Source: Candidatus Methanomethylophilaceae archaeon (GTDB taxonomy: Archaea > Thermoplasmatota > Thermoplasmata > Methanomassiliicoccales > Methanomethylophilaceae). From it: 64,000 nucleotides of DNA. Below are positions 10,277-20,893 of this stretch, in pieces. Within the stretch, counting starts at the first letter, position 1. Each line of letters opens with the position of its first letter. The notes under the pieces are model-generated. The model was not told the origin of the DNA, did not search any database, and was given only the letters and a program-made list of their open reading frames with translations. The stretch covers positions 384,001 to 448,000 of the forward strand of contig CALUHR010000013.1 of assembly GCA_944320495.1 (NCBI GenBank), read 5' to 3'. A program made the translations under genes and the position numbers.

Positions 10277-11412
10277 TCGACGTCGCGGTGGCGGGAGGCG
10301 GACCCGCGGGAAGCGCGGTCGCCGCCCTCCTGGCCCGCGACCACGGCGTGATGGTGTTCGAGGACCATCCGCGCATAGGGCTCCCGGAGCAGTGCGCAGG
10401 GCTCCTCACCGATCGCGCCATAGAGGCGTCCGGGGTCTCCCCGGACGTCCTCTCCACCTTGTACGGGGCCGAGGTCCTCCTCCCGGGTGGGGGCAGGGTC
10501 GAGGTCCGCTCCGAGCGTCCGAAGGCGAGGGCCGTGGACCGTTCGGACCTTGATTCGAAGATGGCCGACAGGGCCATGGCCGCCGGTGCCGAGTACAGGC
10601 TCTCGGAGAAGGTCAGGTCGTTCTCCGTCGGGTCGTCCGTGGGGATCTCCACGTCCGCCGGGGACCACAGTGCCAGACTGCTCATAGGGGCCGACGGTCA
10701 CGGGTCCGTGGTCGCTCCCGCCGTGGGCTGCGTCCCCGGCGAGCGCATACGCGGGGTGCAGGCCGATGTCGCCGTGAGGATGGAGGACCAAGGGATGTTC
10801 CGCATGCGCATGGGCTCGAGGTACGCCCCCGGATTCTTCACGTGGGAGATCCCCTGCGGGGACTTCACCCGCGTCGGGCTGTGCACGTCATGGTCCGCCG
10901 GTCCGCCGTATCAGTATCTGAAGAGGCTGCTCTCGGACCTGGGGTACGGGGACCGCGTCATACGGATGCACAGCGGCAGGATACCGATGCACCCGTCCGG
11001 GCCGATATCCTCGGACAGGGTGATGCTCATCGGCGACGCCGCCTCGCAGGTCAAGCCGGTCTCCGGAGGGGGGATACTGCCTTCGATGGTTGCCGCCCCC
11101 ATACTCGCGGATGTGGCGCATTCCGCCCTCGCATCCGACGACCTCTCGGCGAGGAGGCTCTCCGAGTACGACAGGCGCTGGGATGACGCCATGGGGAGGG
11201 ATCTGTCGAAGGCGTACCGCCTCCGGAGGGCGCTCCTGAGGATGGACGACCGCGACCTGGACCGTGCCGGTCGCTACGCCTCGAGGGACGATGTCCGCGC
11301 GGTGCTGGACGGCATAGACCTGGACACGCCCGCCGATGTGATGAAGGCGCTCCTGAGGCATCCGGGCATGGCGGCTTCGGGCGCCTGGACGCTCCTGAGG
11401 TGCTTGATATGA
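10273..11412 (+). CDS. Geranylgeranyl reductase family FAD oxidoreductase
   Basis: GGGPAGS, CAG, IGADG and [14 protein letters not shown] motifs. Confidence 0.9.
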   Translation: MIDVAVAGGGPAGSAVAALLARDHGVMVFEDHPRIGLPEQCAGLLTDRAIEASGVSPDVLSTLYGAEVLLPGGGRVEVRSERPKARAVDRSDLDSKMADRAMAAGAEYRLSEKVRSFSVGSSVGISTSAGDHSARLLIGADGHGSVVAPAVGCVPGERIRGVQADVAVRMEDQGMFRMRMGSRYAPGFFTWEIPCGDFTRVGLCTSWSAGPPYQYLKRLLSDLGYGDRVIRMHSGRIPMHPSGPISSDRVMLIGDAASQVKPVSGGGILPSMVAAPILADVAHSALASDDLSARRLSEYDRRWDDAMGRDLSKAYRLRRALLRMDDRDLDRAGRYASRDDVRAVLDGIDLDTPADVMKALLRHPGMAASGAWTLLRCLI

Positions 11413-12440
11413 GGCGCGTGCCGATGGCCGAGGTGCCCTCGCGGATCGCGGGGGAGACGATAAACAGGCTGATGTCCCTCGGATACGTGGACATCCACGC
11501 CAGGATAGCGAAGGGCGACGGCTGCCGTCTGGTGCCGATACTGCCGGAGCACGTGGACGACGTCTCCGCGATGGGGTTCGCCATCACGGAGGGAGACGCC
11601 CATTCGCTGGACCGCAGGACGCCCCAGGAGAGGATCTCGGAGATCCTCGGGGGCATACCTGAACTGAGGGGTCATCTGCCCGACCGCTGGGAGTTCGTCG
11701 GTGACATCGTCATCCTGAAGCTGGACCCGTCCTGCGAACCGTATCTCGACGGCATCGGTGACGCCTATGCGAAGGTGCTCGGCGCCAAGACCGTGTGCGC
11801 GGACGTCCACGGCGTGTCCGGGGAGTTCCGTCAGCCCAGCATGAGGGTGATCCACGGCACCGAGACCGAGTCGGTGCGTCTCGAGAACGGCATCCGTTAC
11901 CGCTTCGACGTCACCAAGGTCATGTTCGCCTCCGGCAACACGGACGAGCGCATGCGCATGAGGAGCCTGGACTGCACCGGCGAGACCGTCGTGGACATGT
12001 TCGCTGGCATAGGGTACTTCACCCTCCCGCTGGCCAGGTTCTCTGGGGCCCGCAGGGTCTTCGCCTGCGAGAAGAATCCCGAATCCTACCATTATCTGGT
12101 GGAGAACGTCCGTCTCAACGAGGTGGGCGATGTGGTGCTGCCCATGCTCGGTGACAACCGCTCCATCCCGGGCAGGGACTTCGCGGACCGCATCCTGATG
12201 GGGTACGTGCAGACGACATCGGAGTTCCTGCCGGCGGCCCTGAGGATGATACGCATCGGCGGGATCATCCACTACCATGACACCTTCCCGGTGGGCGACC
12301 AGGCCCGCAGGGTCGACGAGATCTTCTCGCCGCTCTGCGGATACGAGGTCCTGGGGATCCGCGAGGTGAAGTCCTTCGCCCCGTCGGTGTCCCATTACGT
12401 CGCCGACGTCAGGATAACTTCTCGTTCGCCCCGCAGGCGA
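11409..12440 (+). CDS. taw2: Met-10+/TYW2-like SAM-dependent tRNA-modifying enzyme (Taw2-like)
   Basis: FDVTKVMFASGNTDERMRM, VVDMFAGIGYF, DRILMGY, IIHYH. CGA at 12438-12440; standard-code TAG at 12456-12458. Confidence 0.8.
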
Positions 12441-13914
12441 CCAGGAGCGTCCTCATAGCGTCGAGGTACTTGTCCCCGCCCGCCTTGACGACGTTGCCGG
12501 CGAACTGTGCCAGATAGTCGGCCAGCTCCCTCTCCGCCGGGGAGAGCTTCATGGAGGGCTCCCCTCCGCAGGCGAGGATGAACGCGGCAGCGACTGAACG
12601 GGACTTGCTGTCCTTGAGGGACGTCTTCTCGACGGTCTCGGCGACCATGTTGGCGCCTCCGACCTTGGCGGCCTTGGCCAGTCTGTCTATGACCTGGGTC
12701 ATCGGTCCGGGGCGCCTGATCTCCGGCAGGGATGCCACCACGTCGGCCGAGAGGAACACGCTGTACGCGTTGTCCAGCGCCTGCATGGGCTGGGAGCGGG
12801 ACACGTCTCCGACCGCATCGGCGGTCCTGGCGTCGGTGTGGGTCCTGATGATGTCCTTCCAGTCGGACTCCCACAGCACCGACAGGGCCTCGCTGACCCT
12901 GGGGGTCTTCAGGACCACGGCGCGGCTGTTCTCGGAGAGGAACCTCCTGAGGGTGTCCCTCTCCCTCTCGCCGCCTTCCAGCGCGGAGATGAACGCGTCC
13001 AGGTCCGAGCCGTAGTTGGCGGTGCCCACGATGTAGGTGGCCGCGGCTCCGTCCTTCAGGCTGCCGAGCTTGGACCTCTTGACCGATGAGATGAGGGCCG
13101 CGTCGCCGACCTTGCCGATCATGTAGTCCTTGAGACGGTCGCCGGTGATGGGCTCGATGTCGCTCTCCCCGGATGAGTGGTACTTGTGCCTCACGCGGAC
13201 CTCCATGTCGTCCATGGGGTCGACGGCCGCCAGCCTGGACACGATGTACATCAGGGTCGAGACGTCACGGGCGCAGTTCTCGCATATCGAGATCGTCTCG
13301 TCCAGGGACTTCACGTGGATCTCCAGCACCGCGGAGGTGGTGTGTCCGCAGGAGAGCCCATCGTCCGGGAACTCGTAGGGTGTCTCCCAGAATGTGTCGT
13401 AGAGGTACCCCTCCGGCATGTTGGGCGAGTCGGAGCACACCAGGTCCTCCCCGAACGAGTACAGGTGGAGCTTGTTCTTCTTGATGATGTCGGAGTACAG
13501 GAGCAGCCTCTTCTTCGGGTCGTCGTAGTACTGGCACCCGATCAGCTTCGCGGCGTTGACCGTCCCGCGCACCGCGTAGGACACGGTCTCCCCTCCGAGC
13601 TTCCCGGATGCGAGCATGGGCACCGAGCCGGACGCCGCCAGGGATATCGTCCCGGCGTAGGCGCGGACGATGTCGTCGCCACCCAGCCTGGACGCCTCCT
13701 TTATGAGGGCCTCGGGGTCGTTCCTGATCTTCTGGAGGCCGTCTATGTGCTTGAAGGGCTTGTCGAAGACGCACTTCCTGCAGTTCCCGGCGCACTGGGG
13801 CCTCAGGATCCCGGGGTCGTCGGCGAGCGTCCTGGAGCGTTCCAGCAGCTCGTCCTCAAGTCTCTTGGAGGTGTGCTTGACGCCCCTCATCCTAAGCCTC
13901 TTCTTCCCGGGCAT
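12409..13914 (-). CDS. Conserved hypothetical protein (501 aa) with Cys clusters
   Basis: Long ORF with host codon usage. CxxxCxxC near the N-terminus and CxH...CxxC centrally. Confidence 0.8.
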   Translation of the reverse strand: MPGKKRLRMRGVKHTSKRLEDELLERSRTLADDPGILRPQCAGNCRKCVFDKPFKHIDGLQKIRNDPEALIKEASRLGGDDIVRAYAGTISLAASGSVPMLASGKLGGETVSYAVRGTVNAAKLIGCQYYDDPKKRLLLYSDIIKKNKLHLYSFGEDLVCSDSPNMPEGYLYDTFWETPYEFPDDGLSCGHTTSAVLEIHVKSLDETISICENCARDVSTLMYIVSRLAAVDPMDDMEVRVRHKYHSSGESDIEPITGDRLKDYMIGKVGDAALISSVKRSKLGSLKDGAAATYIVGTANYGSDLDAFISALEGGERERDTLRRFLSENSRAVVLKTPRVSEALSVLWESDWKDIIRTHTDARTADAVGDVSRSQPMQALDNAYSVFLSADVVASLPEIRRPGPMTQVIDRLAKAAKVGGANMVAETVEKTSLKDSKSRSVAAAFILACGGEPSMKLSPAERELADYLAQFAGNVVKAGGDKYLDAMRTLLVACGANEKLS

Positions 13915-14007
13915 GCGGACGGGGATATCTTAGCCATAGATAAGGTTCGGCTCGGGATGTTCGCGCGATGTGTTTATCGCTCCGATCGCGTTCGTACGGG
14001 CGATACC

Positions 14008-14490
14008 ATGGAGTCGCGTTTCGAGATGGAGGTCCGCGGGATGCTGGCCCGTCCGCCCCTCGGATACAGGAACGTGCCGGCCGAAGGGCTGGAGCTGTTC
14101 TGCAGGGCCCTGACCCATGACAGCTACACCAACGAGCACGGGGACGAGTCCTACGAGAGGCTGGAGTTCCTGGGGGACGCGATCCTGGAGTTCGTGGTGT
14201 GCGAGGCCGTGTACAGGGACACCGACCTGAGGGAGGGTGCCATGACCGACTTCAAGCAGGACAAGGTGGCCAACCGCATGATCTCGGAGCGCGTGCTGGC
14301 CTCCTGGCCGGAGATCGATTCGATGATGAGGGTCGGGGGAGGGCATGTAGACCGCTCCACCGGAGCGAAGCTCATCGAGGAGAACATGCGCGCGGATTTG
14401 TTCGAGGCGTTGCTCGCCGCGGTGTACCTCACGTACGGGATGGACGAGGTCAGGCGCCTGGTCGGGGAGGTTATCCTGGGCAAGGGATAA
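14008..14490 (+). CDS. rnc: Ribonuclease III catalytic domain protein (no dsRBD)
   Basis: ALTHDSY, ERLEFLGDAIL signature, ADLFEALLAAVYL. Ends at 160 aa. Confidence 0.9.
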   Translation: MESRFEMEVRGMLARPPLGYRNVPAEGLELFCRALTHDSYTNEHGDESYERLEFLGDAILEFVVCEAVYRDTDLREGAMTDFKQDKVANRMISERVLASWPEIDSMMRVGGGHVDRSTGAKLIEENMRADLFEALLAAVYLTYGMDEVRRLVGEVILGKG

Positions 14491-14553
14491 AGGTTGTGAA
14501 TCAACTATCGTTGCGTTATTCTATTAAACGCTGAAACGATACACGTTGCCACC

Positions 14554-15999
14554 ATGTCCGACCTCCTCTCTTAGGTGAAAGGTGGGGAATCCACCATTCT
14601 CGAATTCAAGGAGTCTCTGCAAGAGGACAGCATCGGCTGGTTGAAGACGGTCGTGGCGTTTGCCAATGGCAGGGGCGGAAGGCTCGTCGTGGGCGTAGAT
14701 GACAGGGGTGAGGTGTTCGGAGTCACCAAGGAGGAGCTGGAACAACTCTGTCAGAGTATCGACGATTCCATATCGGATTCCATAGTCCCGCAGATATCGA
14801 GAGATGTCTATGTCCAATCTCTTGAGGGCGAGTCGGTGGTGGTCGTAGAGGTATATCCAGGGCCTGGCAGGCCATATTACATCAAGAGGCTCGGTGTGAA
14901 GGAAGGGACTTTCGTTCGCAGGGGAGCATCCACTCGCCTGGTGGACGATGCCACCTTGGATGAGCTCAGGCTTCAGGGGAAGCGCTCGACATTCGATTCT
15001 CTAGAGAATCTCGATATTGCTGTTACCAGAGAGAGGACAGATTGTATAATCAGAAAGGTTGGGGAGTTATACGGTGCCGAGATCGATGAGACCGATCTCC
15101 GCAACTGCGGTATCATCAGGGTGAAAGATGGCCAGGATATTCCAACCAATGCATATGCCCTTCTTTGTAGCGACTCTCCGTTCCTTTTCACAGAAGTCAG
15201 GTGTGCTCTCTTCAAGGGTCGTAACGGGACCGAATTTCTAGATCAGGCGGATTTCTCATGTCCTATATTCGAACAGATTGAGAATGCCTATCGTTTTGTT
15301 CTCCGCAATATCAGGAAGAGCGGACGTGTAAGTGGTCTTGTTCGCGAGGACAGATACGAGATACCGCCCGATGCGATTCGCGAGGTAATCGTGAACGCCG
15401 TTCAGCACAGAAGCTACATCAATAGCAATCGTCCGATACATCTGGCCATATTCGACGACAGATTGGAGATAACGTCCCCCGGAATCCTTCTGATAAGTCG
15501 TGATGAGATGAAGCAAGGTCGCACGGAGCATCGCAACCCCGTGATATCCAAATTCTTCAGACTCGTCGGCATTTGCGAAGGTTGGGGGAATGGGATGTCA
15601 ACGATCATCCACAACTGCGTGGAATATGGGCTGCCGGAACCATCCATAGAGGAAGGGCCCGCGGATGTCATAGTCACAATCTGGCGTCCTGTGGATTATG
15701 ATCAGTCTCATGACACTGATGATGACACTGATGACACTGATAATCAGTCTCATGACACTGATGACACTGATAATCAGTCTCATGACACTGATCAGATAAG
15801 AACTGTCCCCAGAAATCGCAGAGAACAGATAATCCAGATGATGGAATCGGATCCATCCATCTCAATAGAGGGCCTGTCCAAGAAGTTGGGTATGTCCAGA
15901 AGCACGATCAACCGTGATATACAGAGGCTCAAGGCAGAAGGTGTTCTCTCGAGGGATGGAAGCAGCAAGAAGGGCCTTTGGACGATTCACCGGAATCGA
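14554..15999 (+). CDS. AlbA_2/Schlafen-domain protein with RecG-C-like ATP-binding domain and C-terminal HTH
   Basis: ESTILEFK, VVAFANGRGG, IREVIVNAVQHRSY, RNPVIS, C-terminal HTH. Lower GC than the flanks. Probable ATG at 14554 with an in-frame TAG at 14572 (alternative GTG start 14575). CGA at 15997; standard-code TGA at 16234-16236. Confidence 0.88.
15700..15795 (+). repeat. 30-bp tandem repeat built from 9-bp gacactgat units (SHDTDDTDNQ)
   Basis: aatcagtctcatgacactgatgacactgat appears twice with flanking partial copies, in frame, just before the HTH. Confidence 0.9.
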
Positions 16000-16009
16000 G
16001 GTCTGATGC

Positions 16010-17518
16010 ATGAGACTGACCGCCGAGAACTACGACATCGGCATCGCCGAGCCGACGGCGTTGCTGCACGAGGACGACTGCAGGATCATCGGGATCCGCG
16101 AGGGCGACCACGTCCGCATCGAGGGGCGCGGATGCGTCACCGCGATAGCCAGCATGTCGGACACCCTGGTGAGGCGGGGCACGGTCATGATAGCCTGCGG
16201 GGTGCTCGGCGCCAGTTGCATCCACCCCGGCGATGAGGTGGAGGTCACCGCCGCGCCGATCCCGGAGTCCGTGAGGGCCATCCGCGGCAAGATGGACGGG
16301 GAGGAGCTGTCCCCGGAGGAGATCTCGCAGATCGTCGACGACGCGGTCCATGACAGGCTGTCGAGGATCGAGACCTCCGCATGGCTCACCGCCCTACACA
16401 TACGCGGCATGTCCATGTGCGAGACGGCGTCCTACACCAGTGCCATGGCGTCCACCGGCTCGGTCCTGGACTTCGGGGACCGCCGCGTGTTCGACTTCCA
16501 TAGCTTCGGAGGGGTCCCGGGCAACAAGATCACACCGATCGTGGTGTCGATCGTCGCGTCCGAGGGCCTGCTGATCCCGAAGCTCTCGTCGAGGGCCATA
16601 AGCAGTGCCTGCGGGACGGCCGATTTCGTGGAGGTGTTCTGTCCGGTGACCCACGGCTCGGACGATGTCCGCAGGATCGCGGAGTCCGAGGGCGGGGTGT
16701 TCTCCTGGACAGGTGCCACCGACCTGGCCCCCGCCGGGGACCGCTTCATCAGGGTCCAGCGTCCGCTCGGTATCGATCCGAAGCCGCAGATGCTCGCGTC
16801 GATCATGGCGAAGAAGGTCGCTGCCGGTGCCACCGATGTGCTCATGGACATCCCGATGGGGTCCGAGACCAAGGTCAGGTCCCCGGAGGAGGCCAAGGCC
16901 TACGCCCGCGACCTGATGGAGCTCGGGGACCTGCTGGGCATGAGGGTGGAGTGCGCGGTCACGTACGCGGACCAGCCCCTGGGCGTCGCCGTCGGGCCCG
17001 CGCCGGAGGCGAGGGAGTGCATCCAGGTGCTCGAGAACAGGCCGGGCCACGAGGAGGTGGCCGAGAAGGCATGCATCTGCGCCGGGATGATCCTGGAGAT
17101 GGCCGGGATGTGCGACGGCACCGTCCGCGCGAGGGAGTGCCTGACGTCCGGCCGCGCCCTGGAGAGGTTCAGGGCGATCGTCCGCGCCCAGGGCGGTATG
17201 GACGGGATAACTTCCGAGGACGTACGGCTGGGGCGCTTCTCCGCCGATGTCGTCTCGCCGAGGGACGGTTTCGTCAACCGCATATCGAACAGGGCCGTGG
17301 TCTCCGTGGCGAAGGCCGCCGGTGCCCCGGCGGACAAGGGCGCCGGGCTCGTGCTCTCGAGGAAGCGCGGGAGGAAGGTCGCGAAGGGCGACGTGCTCAT
17401 GACGGTGTACTCGGACAGCGAGGACAAGCTGGAGGACGCGCTGGAGGCGGCCGCGGAGCTGGAGCCGTTCGACATCGACGGGATGCTGCTGGACAGGATC
17501 AGGCCCGGCTCCCTCCGA
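16010..17518 (+). CDS. deoA: AMP phosphorylase (thymidine phosphorylase family)
   Basis: N-terminal beta-barrel extension, HSFGGVPGNK, SSRAISSACGTAD, SIMAKK, DKGAG. Ends CGA-TGA (17516-17521). Confidence 0.92.
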
Positions 17519-17551
17519 TGAGATCGACCCCTTCGGAGGGGCATAGAACTC

Positions 17552-17559
17552 TTTAAATA
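17552..17559 (+). promoter_or_regulatory. TATA box of rps17e
   Basis: TTTAAATA about 40 nt upstream of the ATG, in otherwise GC-rich DNA. Confidence 0.55.
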
Positions 17560-17600
17560 CAGCATCCACTTAGCGCGGTTCATTCAACTCGGTGAATGAT

Positions 17601-17792
17601 ATGGGAAGAATAAGACCCACCTACATCAAGAGAGTCTCCATCGAACTCATCAACAAGTATCCTCAGGCGTTCAGCAAGGACTTCGACGCCAACAAGGAGA
17701 TGGTCAGCACCCTGACCGATGTCACCTCCGTCAAGATGAGGAACAGGATCGCCGGATACATCACCCGCTACCTGTCCCACCCTGAGGCGTGA
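17601..17792 (+). CDS. rps17e: 30S ribosomal protein S17e
   Basis: MGRIRPTYIKR...RNRIAGYITR. Confidence 0.97.
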   Translation: MGRIRPTYIKRVSIELINKYPQAFSKDFDANKEMVSTLTDVTSVKMRNRIAGYITRYLSHPEA

Positions 17793-17822
17793 AAACCCCT
17801 TAACCAAACACTTGGCAATTCT

Positions 17823-17899
17823 GCCCGCGTGGGGTAGCTTGGATATCCTGTGAGATTGCGGATCTCTTGACCCGGGTTCGAATCCCGGCGCGGGCACCA
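17823..17899 (+). tRNA. tRNA-Arg(GCG)
   Basis: Acceptor GCCCGCG/CGCGGGC, loop TTGCGGA, GGTTCGAATCC T-arm, encoded CCA. Confidence 0.95.
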
Positions 17900-17976
17900 T
17901 CATTCTTCATTACGGTGCTCCCAGCGGGAGCTTCATAGAAAAGAAAAGGTGGCGGTCCGTGGACCGCCGTTTAGGT

Positions 17977-18495
17977 TCAGTTGTCGCCGTTGGTGACGTA
18001 CTTCTTCGCGATGTCGACGATGGCGCCGATGGCCAGGAGCACACCGCCCGCAACGCACACCCACACTCCGGTTCCGGCGCTGACGGATGCTCTGGCCAGG
18101 CCCTCGAAGTCGACGGCGTCCATCTGTCCGTTGAACATGATGGCGAGTACGAGTGCGACGATGGCGAGGATCAGGGAGACGGCTCCAAGGATCCTGTTGA
18201 TCGTGGGGATCTTGTTGTAGACGATCGGGATGATCGTGGTGATGAGCGAGAGGACTCCTGCGACGAGGCAGACGATCGGCGCGTAGGCGTAGTCGAACTC
18301 CACATCGCTGAATTCATGTCCCTCTATAGTCACAGTCCCGTTGAACACGTCCATTCCGGACATGGTGACGCTGGAACCGAACCCCATGATGGTGACGTTC
18401 ATCTCGGCCCATGCAAGGAACACTCCAGCTATCATCAGCACGGAGCCGATGAGTCCGATGATTCCCATCCAATTGACATTACCTGAAGATGCCAT
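17977..18495 (-). CDS. Hypothetical 4-TM membrane protein
   Basis: Hydrophobic helices, GVWVCVAGG pattern, host codon usage. Confidence 0.75.
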   Translation of the reverse strand: MASSGNVNWMGIIGLIGSVLMIAGVFLAWAEMNVTIMGFGSSVTMSGMDVFNGTVTIEGHEFSDVEFDYAYAPIVCLVAGVLSLITTIIPIVYNKIPTINRILGAVSLILAIVALVLAIMFNGQMDAVDFEGLARASVSAGTGVWVCVAGGVLLAIGAIVDIAKKYVTNGDN

Positions 18496-18723
18496 GTTAT
18501 CACCGGTCTTTGACCGTGCTCAATAATACTCCAGCATCCGTATTTAATACTGATACGAAGAGCTCCGACGGATGACGAATGGACGGGGAATGTCATGTGA
18601 AATGCGCGTCATCCAACTCCGGGGCGCCCTCCCATGGACGGATCCCGACAGTCTCGGGAGCGACATCTATTATCTGGGAGGTCGCTACCGTGCCCAGCGC
18701 GTCCCATGAGACGGGGGCGAACG

Positions 18724-18936
18724 ATGGAAGGGGAGGGGTTCAGAACGGCCAGGATATGCTTTTCGGACGGGTCCGTGGACGCGGTCCAGGATCAGACGAT
18801 CGAGGACGCGGTCCGGTCGTCGGGCCGCATCCCCGATTCCTATGTTTATCTCATCGCCGGACGCCCGGTGCCGATGGACGCCGTCCCTCCAGAGGATTCT
18901 GAGGTCCGGGCGATGAGGGTCGCCTCGGGCGGATGA
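18724..18936 (+). CDS. Ubiquitin-like ThiS/MoaD (SAMP-type) protein
   Basis: 70 aa beta-grasp size, ending VASGG-stop. Confidence 0.8.
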   Translation: MEGEGFRTARICFSDGSVDAVQDQTIEDAVRSSGRIPDSYVYLIAGRPVPMDAVPPEDSEVRAMRVASGG

Positions 18937-20868
18937 TCACTCGTCCTCATCCGGCTTCGGCCAGACCTCGCGGACGACCTCGATGTCGCCAGGGGGGACG
19001 ATCCTGGAGATCTCCTCCTCGGGGACCTCGAACCTCTTGGCGATCTCGTTGGCCTTCCTGCCCGACTTTGGCTTCCCCGGGCGGATGACCATGTACTTGT
19101 CGCAGCCCTCGAAGCACTCGGCGGGACCGCACATGACCTTCCTGGCGCCCTCGTGGAAGATCTCCCCGATGACCAGCTCCATCGGGAGGTGGTACTCGTA
19201 GTTCCTCTTGCCGCGGACGATGAACGCACCCCTGGGCACGAACTCGCCGGGATTGGGGGTCTTGCTGACCTGGTCCGGGAACACCCAGAACGCCCCTCCC
19301 TCCGAGAGGGCGGCGATCCAGGCCTTGGACTGGGTGATGGCGAACAGGCATGCCTGGCGGAGTTCCTCGGGGGACGCCTTGGCGCCGTCCTTGATGACGA
19401 CCGACGGCGCCCCGTGGACGTCCGCGTGGGCGTAGAGGTCGCCCTCCTTCAGATGCTTCTTGACGATGTTGTCGTTGCTGTGGGCGTCCCTGCCGGCCAT
19501 GACGAGCCTTCCGCCGGTGGTGATGAACCACTTGTACCTCTCGAACCAGAACTGCTTGGTCGGCTGTGCGCGCTCCGCGGCGAGGGCCCTCTCGCGGTCG
19601 ATGCCCTTCTGGATCCTGGCCAGCTCCTCGCGGCTCTGGTCCAGGGCCTCCTTGGCGCGCTTCGCCTTCTCGCCCACCTCCTTGCCCCTCTGATACAGGT
19701 CGGACGCGTTGGCGTCCACGCCCTTCTCCCAGTCGAGGGTCATCCATCTGCCGCCCAGCTGGGCGCGGACCGTGTGCTTCGCCGGGTCGATGGACTCGAC
19801 GAAGGGGATCCTGGCGGCCCCCTCGGACAGCTTCTCCCACGTCAGCTTCGAGGACTGGTCCTTCAGGACCGCCAGGAGCTCCGTGGCCTTCTGGTAGTCG
19901 GTGTACAGCGCCTCGGCGTCCGCGCGGTGCTCCTGCTCCTGGACCGAGTACTCGTCGAGGGTCTCCTCCTGCTTGGAGATCCTCTTCATCATCTTCTCGA
20001 CGGCCGGGTCGACGTACGCCTCCTCGGCGGCCTCGCCGGTCTCCTTCAGATAGGTCTCGATGACCTCGGACATGGTGCCGAACGTTTTCGCCTCGAGGTC
20101 CGAGCGCGAGACCAGCGAGACGGGAGCGAAATCCTCTATCGCGCCGTCCCTGAGGTAGGCGGTGGGCCTGGGGTCGCTGAGGACGGTCTCCACGATGCCC
20201 CTCATTTCCGCGTACATCCTGCGGACGTCGTCCTCGGAGAGGCCCGCGGCCGGGACGGACTTGTCCACGCCCGCGCGCCTGCAGACCTCCTCGGCGTACT
20301 GTCCGCCGAGGTTCACGGCGGTGGCCAGCGTTCTGACGGCATCCGCGTCGGAGCCCCTGACGGATGCGGCGAACTCCTCCTCGGTGGATTCGGTGGGGTC
20401 GAACCTGGACTTGGGGGCGACGTAGGGCTCCCCGGGACGGGTCTTCCTGTCCCTCCAGGTCTTCTGGACCAGGCAGTTCTGGATGATGCCGTCCTTCACC
20501 AGGAGCACGTTCCCTCCGCCGAACATCTCGAACACGAGGATGTAGTCGCCGTCGGACTTGGACATGGAGATCTCCATGACCCTGTCGAACCCGACCTGCC
20601 TAACGCCGTTGACGCGGGCGTTGTCGATGTACTTCCTGAGGAACGAGGCGAACGCCGTGGGCATGGTGGGGGTGTCGGGCTTGGACGAGGGGCAGAACAG
20701 CCATTTCCTGTCCGCGAAAAGTAGCTCCCTCTTGCCCTGGCCCTGGACGTTGAATCTGAAAAGGACGTTCCCGCCCCAGTGATGGATCTTGTCCATGTGG
20801 GCGCCCTCGAGGTTCGAGAGCTCGGTGACGACCGAGCGCAGGTCGAAGGCGCTCATCTCCTTCTTCAT
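18937..20868 (-). CDS. rqcH: Ribosome rescue factor RqcH/Rqc2 (NFACT family)
   Basis: QVGFDRV, WFERYKWF, GRDAHSND, HADVHGAP, GAFIVRGKRNY. Confidence 0.93.
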   Translation of the reverse strand: MKKEMSAFDLRSVVTELSNLEGAHMDKIHHWGGNVLFRFNVQGQGKRELLFADRKWLFCPSSKPDTPTMPTAFASFLRKYIDNARVNGVRQVGFDRVMEISMSKSDGDYILVFEMFGGGNVLLVKDGIIQNCLVQKTWRDRKTRPGEPYVAPKSRFDPTESTEEEFAASVRGSDADAVRTLATAVNLGGQYAEEVCRRAGVDKSVPAAGLSEDDVRRMYAEMRGIVETVLSDPRPTAYLRDGAIEDFAPVSLVSRSDLEAKTFGTMSEVIETYLKETGEAAEEAYVDPAVEKMMKRISKQEETLDEYSVQEQEHRADAEALYTDYQKATELLAVLKDQSSKLTWEKLSEGAARIPFVESIDPAKHTVRAQLGGRWMTLDWEKGVDANASDLYQRGKEVGEKAKRAKEALDQSREELARIQKGIDRERALAAERAQPTKQFWFERYKWFITTGGRLVMAGRDAHSNDNIVKKHLKEGDLYAHADVHGAPSVVIKDGAKASPEELRQACLFAITQSKAWIAALSEGGAFWVFPDQVSKTPNPGEFVPRGAFIVRGKRNYEYHLPMELVIGEIFHEGARKVMCGPAECFEGCDKYMVIRPGKPKSGRKANEIAKRFEVPEEEISRIVPPGDIEVVREVWPKPDEDE

Positions 20869-20893
20869 GGGCGCGCGTATGCCGATTCAGTAA

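Noticed and set aside
16495-16530. AMP phosphorylase has DFHS instead of the DKHS of thymidine phosphorylases
   Set aside because: This position varies among archaeal AMP phosphorylases, and the other motifs are intact.
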